Shown here: piece after piece, positions 24,920 through 32,000 of the stretch | Layout of the letters: every line of letters begins with the position of its first letter | Position numbering within the stretch: the stretch's first letter is position 1 | Origin: Patescibacteria group bacterium | Lineage (GTDB): Bacteria > Patescibacteriota > Minisyncoccia > UBA6257 > HR35 | Reading direction: 5' to 3' | DNA: 32,000 bases | Assembly (NCBI GenBank): GCA_023480925.1 | Contig: JAMCWY010000016.1 | Coordinates: 1-32,000, forward strand | Position numbers and translations under genes: made by a program | Notes under the pieces: model-generated | What the model saw: the letters and a program-made list of their open reading frames with translations, nothing else | Told to the model about the DNA's origin: nothing | The model's database searches: none

Positions 24920-26008
24920 CTAAATTAAAGCCTGAATAACGCCGAAACCAAAGAGCGCGATCAAGAGCCAAACCAATCTTTTATCCAGGTGAAAATATTT
25001 GACCTCGGGCAGTTTCAGATAGATTAAAAAGATAACGATGAGGTTGAGACCGATAAAAAAGCTGCCGACAAATCCGGCTAAGCCGGCGATTTTTTCAATC
25101 GGGAAAAAAATAAAAGCGTAAATCGGAAGAACTGAAACAAACCAAGCGGAAATTTTTTGAAAGTTAAAATCAGCGATCAAACCGCGCTCGATATAAAAAA
25201 CCAAAACGATAAACGTCGTCAGGATATTTAAAACGCCCAGCAGAACCGCGCCGAGCAAAAATAATTTCGGCAGATAAAAACTAAAACTGGTCAAGCTGTC
25301 ATCGCTAATCCTCGGACCAAAAGCGCCGGCAACGGTTAAAACATAAAAGACGTAAATGAGAAAAACAAGAAGTAAGGCGGTTAGATTTATTTTTTTGAAC
25401 GCCCGCGCGTCCCGGCCAATCAAATCGTAGACTAACTGAAGCGAAGAATAACCGGTCAAAGAAAAAAGAATGATGCCGAAAGAAGAGAGCGGCTGGCCAA
25501 AATTAAAATTCAAGTTGGCCAAGTTAAAATTAGACAGAAGATAAATTCCGACAAAAATAAAGAGACCGATCAAAAAAATCGTTAGCCAACCTTCGATTTT
25601 CGCCAAGGGATTAATGGAAAAACCAAGGCCAAGGCCGATTAAAACAAATGTGGCCAATTTGATTAAAAACGGGTCAACGGGAATAATCAAAGCGATAAAC
25701 TTGGCCAAGGCGACCAGAAAAATCAAGGCGGTCAACTCAACGCCGATGTAATCGCTCAGCCAAACCGGCAGTTTTAAACTTGGTCGGATCAACCGGCCGG
25801 CCAAACTGGGCAGGTTGTGCTTTTGGCCAACATAAAAAATTATCTCGGCGTAAGCGAGATGAAGAAGATAAATGGCGGCGGCGAGAAGGCTAAGCCAAAA
25901 CCAAAAATAAAGACCGGCCTGGCCGGCGGCGTAAGGCAAAATAAAAACGCCCAAACCAACGATCGTGCTGACGATTAAAAAAACCGCTAACCAAAATTTA
26001 TTTTTCAC
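24920..26008 (-). CDS. amino-acid permease-like transporter (aromatic amino acid/AAAP-type N-terminal motif)
   Basis: 362 aa with about 10-11 TM helices. The N-terminus STIVGLGVFILPYAAGQAGL resembles the IGAGVLxLP motif of Trp/Tyr-type permeases. Confidence 0.55.
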   Translation of the reverse strand: MKNKFWLAVFLIVSTIVGLGVFILPYAAGQAGLYFWFWLSLLAAAIYLLHLAYAEIIFYVGQKHNLPSLAGRLIRPSLKLPVWLSDYIGVELTALIFLVALAKFIALIIPVDPFLIKLATFVLIGLGLGFSINPLAKIEGWLTIFLIGLFIFVGIYLLSNFNLANLNFNFGQPLSSFGIILFSLTGYSSLQLVYDLIGRDARAFKKINLTALLLVFLIYVFYVLTVAGAFGPRISDDSLTSFSFYLPKLFLLGAVLLGVLNILTTFIVLVFYIERGLIADFNFQKISAWFVSVLPIYAFIFFPIEKIAGLAGFVGSFFIGLNLIVIFLIYLKLPEVKYFHLDKRLVWLLIALFGFGVIQALI

Positions 26009-26015
26009 TTTTGGT

Positions 26016-26588
26016 TTAATGAGATAATTCTCCGTCGTTCTCTTTTTTGATCAACTCGATCATCTTTTCAACCAAAACTTTCGGCTCCGCTTCCCAAATA
26101 ATTTTGCCCGGACCGCGGTGAGCCTCGCGAACGATATCGTCCATCAACGACTCGGTTCCGCCCGAACCAGCCAAGACGCCCATTGGTTTGTCGTCTTCAA
26201 AAGTGATCGTGAACTCGTTCAACGTTCCCATTCGGCCGCAAATAAAAATACCGCCGTCGCCCGTTCGAGTTAAAAGCAAATTCCGGCCCGAGTAGAAAAA
26301 GCCGGTGTAAATAATGAGGTGATGATAATCTTCGGGCAGTTTGTAGACATTAAGATGTTCCCGCCTTGTTCGAGCCGGCGAAAGACCAACGACAAAACCG
26401 TTGTTTTCAAACGCGCCTTTTGCCGCCCAAAGCGGTACGCCGGTGGTAGCGCCATCAATCAAAACACAGCCCTGTTTGGCAATTTCCTGACCGACGGCGT
26501 AAGCAAGATCGTGGACATTCTCAACACAAGGTGACGAATCAGCCGCGCCCGAAACGACGATTTTTATTTTTGGTTCCCAAATTGCCAT
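26016..26588 (-). CDS. LOG/TIGR00725-family (SLOG Rossmann-like) protein
   Basis: 190 aa. IVVSGAADSS...LIDGATTGVPLWAAKGAFENNGFVVGLSP and FICGRMGTLNEF match the GGxxGxM...G..iGi.P and PGGxGTxxE architecture of LOG-like proteins. A 7-nt gap separates it from the permease. Confidence 0.65.
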   Translation of the reverse strand: MAIWEPKIKIVVSGAADSSPCVENVHDLAYAVGQEIAKQGCVLIDGATTGVPLWAAKGAFENNGFVVGLSPARTRREHLNVYKLPEDYHHLIIYTGFFYSGRNLLLTRTGDGGIFICGRMGTLNEFTITFEDDKPMGVLAGSGGTESLMDDIVREAHRGPGKIIWEAEPKVLVEKMIELIKKENDGELSH

Positions 26589-26634
26589 AATAAGATCTAA
26601 TTTTTTAAATTTTTATTTTTCTATTTTTTAACTC

Positions 26635-26670
26635 AACTTAATCAATTGCAATATTCAACTTGATTAAGTT
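26635..26670. promoter_or_regulatory. 36-bp near-perfect palindrome (operator-like) upstream of the LOG-like/permease operon
   Basis: AACTTAATCAA-ttgc-AATATT-caac-TTGATTAAGTT: 11-bp perfect arms plus a central AATATT on the same symmetry axis. It lies 47-82 nt upstream of the ATG at 26588. Confidence 0.4.
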
Positions 26671-26772
26671 AAAAATGATTTTAAGCCGCCAACCATTTTT
26701 CTTTTTGACCGAACGAGATCGCGGTTTTTTTTCGCCAGACAGTGGCCAATGCCAGAGGTCCGGCGCAAAACT

Positions 26773-27345
26773 TTATTTGATTTGGTCAACTTTAATCTTT
26801 TCCGAATCGATCTTTTCATTTTTGTTTTCATTTTTCGCGTTGCTTCTGTCTTTGACCACGGTCGTGATCAAAAAATTCGGCTGTTTTTTTATCGCCTGAA
26901 CGAATTTGATCGGCGTTAAAATTAATCCTAAAAAAATTTTTAATTTTGTCTCGGCCAAATCGAGATGAAGCCGCTGGCGGCCGCGCATGCTCAAACGAAC
27001 TTGAACCTGGCCGCCATCGTTCAAAAAAATCGTCGCTTGATTGGCTTTGCGTTCAAGATCGTTTTGGGCTTCTTGAAAACTGATTCTAACTTCTTTCAAC
27101 TCCGATCCCTTTTTCTTTTCCCGACGCTCTTGCCGCTCTTTTTTCTTTTCCAGGTAAAAAACTTTTTTCAAATCATCGAGACGGATAACCGGCGGTTGGG
27201 CTTTTAGACTAACTAAAACCAAATCCAAGCCTTCTTTTTCACTCATAGTAATCGCCTCGGCCAAGCTAAAAACGCCAATCTGCTTTCCGTCTTGACTAAT
27301 CAATCTAACTTCTTTCGGATTTAATTTTCTTAATCTAAAATCTAT
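26773..27345 (-). CDS. infC: translation initiation factor IF-3 (5' end uncertain; probably a non-canonical start)
   Basis: (KEVR)LISQDGKQIGVFSLAEAITMSEKEGLDLVLVS...QPPVIRL matches the IF-3 N-domain, and a C-domain follows. The first canonical start (TTG at 27303) encodes the Leu of the conserved EVRL motif, so I place the start at the in-frame ATA at 27345. CTG at 27348 and ATA at 27360/27363 are alternatives. Confidence 0.85.
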   Translation of the reverse strand: MDFRLRKLNPKEVRLISQDGKQIGVFSLAEAITMSEKEGLDLVLVSLKAQPPVIRLDDLKKVFYLEKKKERQERREKKKGSELKEVRISFQEAQNDLERKANQATIFLNDGGQVQVRLSMRGRQRLHLDLAETKLKIFLGLILTPIKFVQAIKKQPNFLITTVVKDRSNAKNENKNEKIDSEKIKVDQIK

Positions 27346-27358
27346 CAGTTTAAATTTT

Positions 27359-27367
27359 ATTATAACA
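27359..27367 (-). promoter_or_regulatory. candidate extended -10 promoter (TGTTATAAT) for infC
   Basis: The minus strand reads aaaaatATGTTATAATaaaattt. It overlaps the in-frame ATA codons, so the promoter and upstream-start models compete. Confidence 0.35.
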
Positions 27368-27649
27368 TATTTTTGGTCGCGCCAACTGAAACTAAGGACC
27401 GGATCAAATCGACACCCGCGCCATCCTCCCTAGGGTGAAGCGCTAAACAGAAAACTTCCTTTTCCTTAATTAAAAAACGGGCGCGGGCAAAATCAAAAAT
27501 TGTAAAGAAAGTTTTTCTGCGAGGCAGACTGCCATCCTCGGCGGCTGGCGGCGAGTTAGCAATTCTTGCTAAAATGGGTTCGCGCGTGGTTGTATAAATA
27601 CACCATTACAAAACTCAACGACTTTTTCGAGAGCCGGAAAGTTTGATTG

Positions 27650-27996
27650 TGGTGGAGATGGCGGGAGTCGAACCCGCGTCGAAGAAAAAAATTTTCTAGG
27701 CTCTCCTGGCGCATTCGGATTTAATTTAGAAATCCAAAGCTAAGAATCCGACAAAAAACTTTGAACTTCAGTTAGCAAAAGTTTAAAGACGTCAAAGGCC
27801 AACTGACTTCCACGCCTCGATTTGAGCAAGTGAACCCAAAGAGCAGCGCCCAACAACTAACTCTTCGAGCCGCGGTTTAGGCAACCGCGTATGCCAAAGG
27901 TTGATTGGCGTTTATGTTGTTTTGTTTGATTTTGGTTCAAACGGACCAGCCAGCTCCTTTGAATTTTTTTTCCTCCTCGAATTCCGGGGCATCCCC
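27650..27996 (-). ncRNA. ssrA: tmRNA (ssrA), about 347 nt; predicted tag ANQPLAYAVA
   Basis: The 5' end is GGGGATGCCCCGGAATTCGAGG. The 3' end is GCGGGTTCGACTCCCGCCATCTCCACCA, a tRNA-Ala-like acceptor with G3-U70, a T arm and an encoded CCA. The internal ORF GCC AAT CAA CCT TTG GCA TAC GCG GTT GCC TAA (27909-27877) has its stop in the loop of GCGGTT/AACCGC. Confidence 0.9.
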
Positions 27997-28002
27997 ATTT
28001 AA

Positions 28003-28467
28003 TTATAATTTATGCTTGCCGCTTTTTAGCGTGCGCTCGCGCTCTCGTTCAAAATCGCGTTTTTTTATTTTTTCGCGCTTCTCGTATTTTTTCAAGCCCT
28101 TGACCAGGGCGATCTCGATCTTGATCAAACCATTTTTATTATACACCCTAATTGGCACGATTGTCAAGCCCAGATTGTTCAACTGATTGACTAAAAAATT
28201 TATCTCCCGCCGGTGCAAGATCAAACGGCGGCGGCGGTTCTCATCGTAATCTTTCGCGATGTTCTTTGGCTGAGACGCCGGTATTTTAAAATTAACCAAA
28301 TAAAGCTCGTCGCCAACCCGGCTGACATAACTAGCCTTAATCGAACCGCGGCCAAGAAACAAGGACTGGACCTCGAAACCTTTCAACTCGACTCCCGCCT
28401 CAAACTTTTCCAAAATTTCATAGTGGTGAAAAATTTCTCGGTTAAAAATATCTATTTTTCTGCTCAT
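28003..28467 (-). CDS. smpB: SsrA-binding protein SmpB
   Basis: I take the start at the ATG at 28467 (MSRKIDIFNREIFHHYEILEKFEAGVELKGFEVQSL...LHRREI...GLTIVPIRVY...KIEIALVKGLKKYEKRE). The longer ORF-track N-terminus has no SmpB counterpart. Confidence 0.9.
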   Translation of the reverse strand: MSRKIDIFNREIFHHYEILEKFEAGVELKGFEVQSLFLGRGSIKASYVSRVGDELYLVNFKIPASQPKNIAKDYDENRRRRLILHRREINFLVNQLNNLGLTIVPIRVYNKNGLIKIEIALVKGLKKYEKREKIKKRDFERERERTLKSGKHKL

Positions 28468-28586
28468 TGAGTTAAAATTAAATTTATTCAGCCGCGAGTT
28501 TTGTCGATTCCCGATTTTCTCTTCCTTTAAACGTTCGCGAAAACAGGCTGGCGGACTTATCTTATATAATAATATAATACTAAGAG

Positions 28587-30791
28587 ATGAAAAATAATAA
28601 AAAGTCCGGCAAAAAACAACCGCCTTCAAAAAAACAAAAGTTTAACGCCAACGGCAAAAACGGCAAAAATAATTTTAATGAAACCCGCCTGGCCGTCACG
28701 GACAAGATTTTTAATCATTATCTGACCGGCGAAATTATCGGTTGGCTTTTTATATTTTTCGGCGCGTTTGTCGCTTTGGCCAATTACAACAAGGCCGGCT
28801 ATTTTGGTCTCCAGATCAGCAATCATCTCATCGTCTTTCTTGGCCAGACCAGTTTGCTTTTCAGCCTTCTCTGCCTTTTTGTCGGTCTCTCTTGGCTCTT
28901 AAAGATAAAAGCGTTTTGGAAAATCAGCAATAGCGTCAGCGCGACGATTATTTTTTTAACCTTAGTCGGATTCAGCCAGATAATCTTTAATAACGGCGGT
29001 CGCCTGGGCCGAGTAATCGCCAACACGAACTATTTTTTTGGCAACTGGGGCTTGATCGTCCTGATGCTCATTCTTGACATTGTCTCTCTTTCCATTATTT
29101 TGGAAAAACCTCTTTTCGAGGCAATCGCGGGGTTAAAAAAGAAAAAAGAGCTGATCGAACCAACGCCAAGCGAGGAAGCCACGGTCAAAAAATCAATTCT
29201 GTCAAAATTAAACCTGCCTAAAATTTTACCGTCGCTTTGGCAAAAAAATAAAAAAACCGCGGCTAAGGCGATTGAGACGAAAAATAACAAGGACAAAGTT
29301 CCAACCAAGGAAATAAAACAAAAACTGCCGATTAAATCGATTTGGAAATTACCAAGCATTGAACTTTTGGAAAAAAGCGAGAGTGTGGCCGAAAGCGGCG
29401 ACATCAAGACGAACATCATCATCATCGTCAAAACTTTGGCCAACTTCGGCATTCCGGTCGAGGTGGCCGAGATAACGGTTGGGCCGACGGTTACTCGTTA
29501 CGCGATCAAACCGCCCGACGGAATAAAAATTTCAAAAATCAGCTCGCTTCAAAACGACCTGGCTTTGGCTTTGGCCGCGCCAAGCATCAGAATGGAAACA
29601 CCGATTCCGGGCAAATCCCTGATTGGCCTGGAAGTGCCGAACAAGAAAGTGGCGATCGTCAGATTGAGGCCGTTAGTTGAAAATAAAGAATTTTTTGCCC
29701 ACAACAATCTTCTCTCTTTCCCGATCGGCAAAACAATCACAGGCGAATCTTTCTATGCCGATATGGCGATGATGCCACATCTTCTGATCGCCGGCACGAC
29801 CGGTTCGGGCAAATCTATGTTTATTCACTCGATCTTAACTTCATTTTTGGTAAAAAACACTCCGGAAACGCTTAATTTTATCTTAGTTGACCCTAAACGA
29901 GTCGAGCTGATCCGCTACGACGACTTGCCTCATTTAATCATGGCGCCGGTTCTTGATGTCCGCAAAGTTGTCTCGGTTATGCAGTGGCTTATTCGAGAAA
30001 TGGAAAATCGCTATATTATTTTTCAAGACAACAAAGTTCGCGACATTAATTCTTACAATAAACTTCAAATCCAAACCAAAGGCAAAATTTTGCCCCGAAT
30101 AATTCTGGTTATCGACGAGATGGCCGATCTGATGCTTTCCCAAGGCAATGTCATCGAAGCAACGATTATCCGCCTGACCCAGATGGCCCGAGCGACCGGC
30201 ATTCATTTAATTTTAGCGACGCAAAGGCCATCGGTTGATGTTGTCACCGGTTTGATTAAAGCGAACATCCCCAACCGAATCTGTTTCAAAGTCGCTTCTC
30301 AAGTTGATTCAAGGACGGTCCTTGATTCAATCGGCGCGGAAAAACTTCTTGGCGCCGGCGATATGCTTTTTATGGGCTACACCTTTGGCGCGCCAAAGCG
30401 ACTTCAAGCCGCCTTAATCACGGAAAAAGAAATCAACGGCGTGGTTGATTTTTGGAACAAACAAAAAGACGTTCTCGGTTTCGAACCGCCCCAGGTCGAT
30501 CTTGTAGAACCGGCCGGCCCGGAATTTTTTGGCGAGAACAATGACGATAACGATGACTTGATGCCGCTTGCTTATAAATTAGTCGTGGAAACCGGCCGAG
30601 CTTCAACTTCATTTCTCCAACGAAAACTCAAGGTCGGCTACGCTCGGGCCGCCCGGCTTTTGGATCTTCTTGAAGAAAAAGGAGTGGTTGGCCCGGCTGA
30701 AGGAGCGAAACCGCGACGAATCCTCGTTCAAACCGAAACCGAAAAGGAATTATTCGAAGCCGAAACCAACAACGATGACGAGATTGAATGA
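28587..30791 (+). CDS. ftsK: DNA translocase FtsK/SpoIIIE
   Basis: 734 aa. N-terminal TM helices, Walker A GTTGSGKS, Walker B VIDEMADL, ATQRPS, and a C-terminal gamma winged-helix (TSFLQRKLKVGYARAARLLDLLEEKGVVG). Confidence 0.93.
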   Translation: MKNNKKSGKKQPPSKKQKFNANGKNGKNNFNETRLAVTDKIFNHYLTGEIIGWLFIFFGAFVALANYNKAGYFGLQISNHLIVFLGQTSLLFSLLCLFVGLSWLLKIKAFWKISNSVSATIIFLTLVGFSQIIFNNGGRLGRVIANTNYFFGNWGLIVLMLILDIVSLSIILEKPLFEAIAGLKKKKELIEPTPSEEATVKKSILSKLNLPKILPSLWQKNKKTAAKAIETKNNKDKVPTKEIKQKLPIKSIWKLPSIELLEKSESVAESGDIKTNIIIIVKTLANFGIPVEVAEITVGPTVTRYAIKPPDGIKISKISSLQNDLALALAAPSIRMETPIPGKSLIGLEVPNKKVAIVRLRPLVENKEFFAHNNLLSFPIGKTITGESFYADMAMMPHLLIAGTTGSGKSMFIHSILTSFLVKNTPETLNFILVDPKRVELIRYDDLPHLIMAPVLDVRKVVSVMQWLIREMENRYIIFQDNKVRDINSYNKLQIQTKGKILPRIILVIDEMADLMLSQGNVIEATIIRLTQMARATGIHLILATQRPSVDVVTGLIKANIPNRICFKVASQVDSRTVLDSIGAEKLLGAGDMLFMGYTFGAPKRLQAALITEKEINGVVDFWNKQKDVLGFEPPQVDLVEPAGPEFFGENNDDNDDLMPLAYKLVVETGRASTSFLQRKLKVGYARAARLLDLLEEKGVVGPAEGAKPRRILVQTETEKELFEAETNNDDEIE

Positions 30792-31386
30792 GACGCTCCT
30801 GGAGTTGCGCCAGAAAAAAAAATTAAATCAAAACGAACTCGCCGCTCATTTAAAAATTTCAGTTAGGCAGATCGAATTAATTGAAAGTCCAAAATTCAGA
30901 AAACTGCCGCGCCTGACCCTGACGCGGATCCTTGAACGTTATGAAAAATTTTTTAATTTGGGAAAGAACGAGTTAATCAAAGAACTCAGCTTGGCCGGGG
31001 AAGAAGTTGAAGTTGATCTTTTTAAAAACCACAAAAAAGTTTTTTGGTTCAAGCCCACATCGCTTCTCCGTAATTTTTTGTTTTTAATTTTGATTATTTT
31101 TATTCTTTACCAGTTTTCAAAATTAATCTTGCCGCCGAAAATTAAAATTTTTTATCCAAGCCAAAACTTCGTCTCGAGCCAAAATTCCCTCGTGATTAAG
31201 GGCTATCTTAACCCGAGGAACAGCTTGATGATCAACGACGAAATAATCACAACCGATCGGAACGGCAACTTTCAAGAACCGGTTCTGCTTCGACCGGGCC
31301 GAAACGACTTCGTCTTCGAAGGAACAAATTTCTGGGGCGGCCACTCCCTTCTCAAACGAACAATTTACTATATTGGCGCCAAGTAA
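30775..31386 (+). CDS. RodZ-like protein: XRE-type HTH, TM helix, and an extracytoplasmic Ig-like beta domain
   Basis: I take the start at the ATG at 30775 (MTRLNETLLELRQKKKLNQNELAAHLKISVRQIELIE). The TM helix is FLFLILIIFILYQF. The C-terminus is VIKGYLNPRNSLMINDEIITTDRNGNFQEPVLLRPGRNDFVFEG. It overlaps the ftsK 3' end by 17 nt. Confidence 0.6.
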   Translation: MTRLNETLLELRQKKKLNQNELAAHLKISVRQIELIESPKFRKLPRLTLTRILERYEKFFNLGKNELIKELSLAGEEVEVDLFKNHKKVFWFKPTSLLRNFLFLILIIFILYQFSKLILPPKIKIFYPSQNFVSSQNSLVIKGYLNPRNSLMINDEIITTDRNGNFQEPVLLRPGRNDFVFEGTNFWGGHSLLKRTIYYIGAK

Positions 31387-31472
31387 TTCACGCGCTGCGG
31401 CGCGGCCACGGTTAAGTTAAAAAGTCAAGGTTTAAAAAACTGCCCCGTATTTGGAAACTTTAGCTGGGGTGG

Positions 31473-32000
31473 TTATAAAATCGGCGTGAGAACGCGTGTT
31501 TCGTCTTTCAAAACAGCCACGGTTGCCTCAAAATGCGTCGCGATCGAATCGTCCGGCGTCTTAAAAACAAAGTCGTCAACCGCCACGCCGTAATCGCTCG
31601 TCAAAGACGCCATTGGTTCAATCGTAAAAAACATTTCCGGTTTGATCTTGACGCCTTGACCCGGCTGGCCAAAATTTAAAACTTGGAGATTGCCGTGAAT
31701 TTTTTCGCCGATATCATGACCGCAAAGATTTTTAATCGGCCAAAAACCCGCCCGGGTTAAAACTCGCTCGATCGCCGCGCCAACGTCGCCGATCGTTTTG
31801 CCCGGCCGACTGACCCTAATCGCCTCGGCCAAAGCCGCCTTGGTCTTATCGATTAAGGTCGAGACTTTTGGATCAAGTTCGCCAACGCCAACAGTCAAGG
31901 CGCTGTCTGAAAACATTTTTTTATACTCCAAACCAAGATCAAGCTTAACCACGTCGCCATCTTTAACGACACGATCGGAGGGATAACCGTGAACAATCGT
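31473..32000 (-). CDS. map: methionine aminopeptidase type I (5' end beyond the window)
   Basis: The frame stays open past the GTG at 31952 to the window end (...TIVHGYPSDRVVKDGDVVKLDLG...). I see the MAP pita-bread motifs HGIP-like, D.V..D.G, GHDIGEKIHG, FTIEP and ATHFEATV. Confidence 0.88.
   Translation of the reverse strand, partial: TIVHGYPSDRVVKDGDVVKLDLGLEYKKMFSDSALTVGVGELDPKVSTLIDKTKAALAEAIRVSRPGKTIGDVGAAIERVLTRAGFWPIKNLCGHDIGEKIHGNLQVLNFGQPGQGVKIKPEMFFTIEPMASLTSDYGVAVDDFVFKTPDDSIATHFEATVAVLKDETRVLTPIL

Noticed and set aside
26660-27207. Plus-strand ORFs 26660-26899 and 26965-27207
   Set aside because: They are antisense to infC and its downstream spacer, with low-complexity hydrophobic translations.
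27368-27649. SRP (4.5S) RNA, RNase P RNA or L20-leader identity for the ssrA-infC spacer
   Set aside because: I could not find the conserved SRP domain-IV motif (GGAA..AGCA), the RNase P GGAAAGUCCGG core, or downstream rpmI-rplT. It is kept only as an unassigned structured region.
28468-28629. 54-codon N-terminal extension of the smpB ORF, overlapping the ftsK start
   Set aside because: SmpB homology starts at the ATG at 28467. The extension would cross the divergent ftsK promoter and start region.
30670-30774. Upstream extension of the RodZ-like ORF (MKKKEWLARL...)
   Set aside because: It lies wholly inside the ftsK C-terminal coding region in another frame. The HTH domain begins right after the ATG at 30775.
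1-32000. Alternative genetic code (UGA read as Gly, as in some CPR lineages), CRISPR arrays, transposons or prophage
   Set aside because: Long conserved genes are intact under the standard code, and ftsK terminates at TGA. I saw no regularly spaced direct repeats, terminal inverted repeats, or integrase, transposase or phage structural genes.

Overview
This is a dense, mostly housekeeping window from a compact, AT-leaning bacterial genome using the standard code (TGA is a stop, e.g. ftsK). Several traits fit a Candidate Phyla Radiation/Patescibacteria-type organism: no L30 gene between S5 and L15, a minimal 519-aa IF-2, many overlapping gene junctions, and giant low-complexity surface proteins. 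That lineage assignment is inference, not proof.

Gene order:
- Minus strand, 0.3-15.7 kb: tpiA, tRNA-Cys, infB and dnaE, then a truncated ribosomal-protein operon (rplB through rplO, then secY and adk). rnhB sits between dnaE and adk on the plus strand.
- 15.9-19.0 kb: an orphan ACP, gap, an rpmG (L33) gene absent from the ORF track with a co-transcribed membrane protein, and an rpe-like gene.
- 19.0-23.9 kb, the most unusual locus: a 1126-aa peptidoglycan-binding, Ser/Thr/Asn-rich modular surface protein. It is driven by a perfect TTGACA-17-TATAAT promoter with a leader of about 205 nt, and is followed by about 1.4 kb of ORF-free, AT-rich DNA.
- 23.9-32.0 kb: a TM-helix-repeat membrane protein, a permease plus LOG/TIGR00725-like operon, infC (apparently with a non-canonical start), tmRNA immediately after smpB, ftsK, a RodZ-like HTH membrane protein, and a partial map.

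I recognised no transposases, integrases, CRISPR arrays, reverse transcriptases or known defence genes. A recurrent GTTAWAAT (often TGTTATAAT, extended -10) motif sits upstream of many transcription units.
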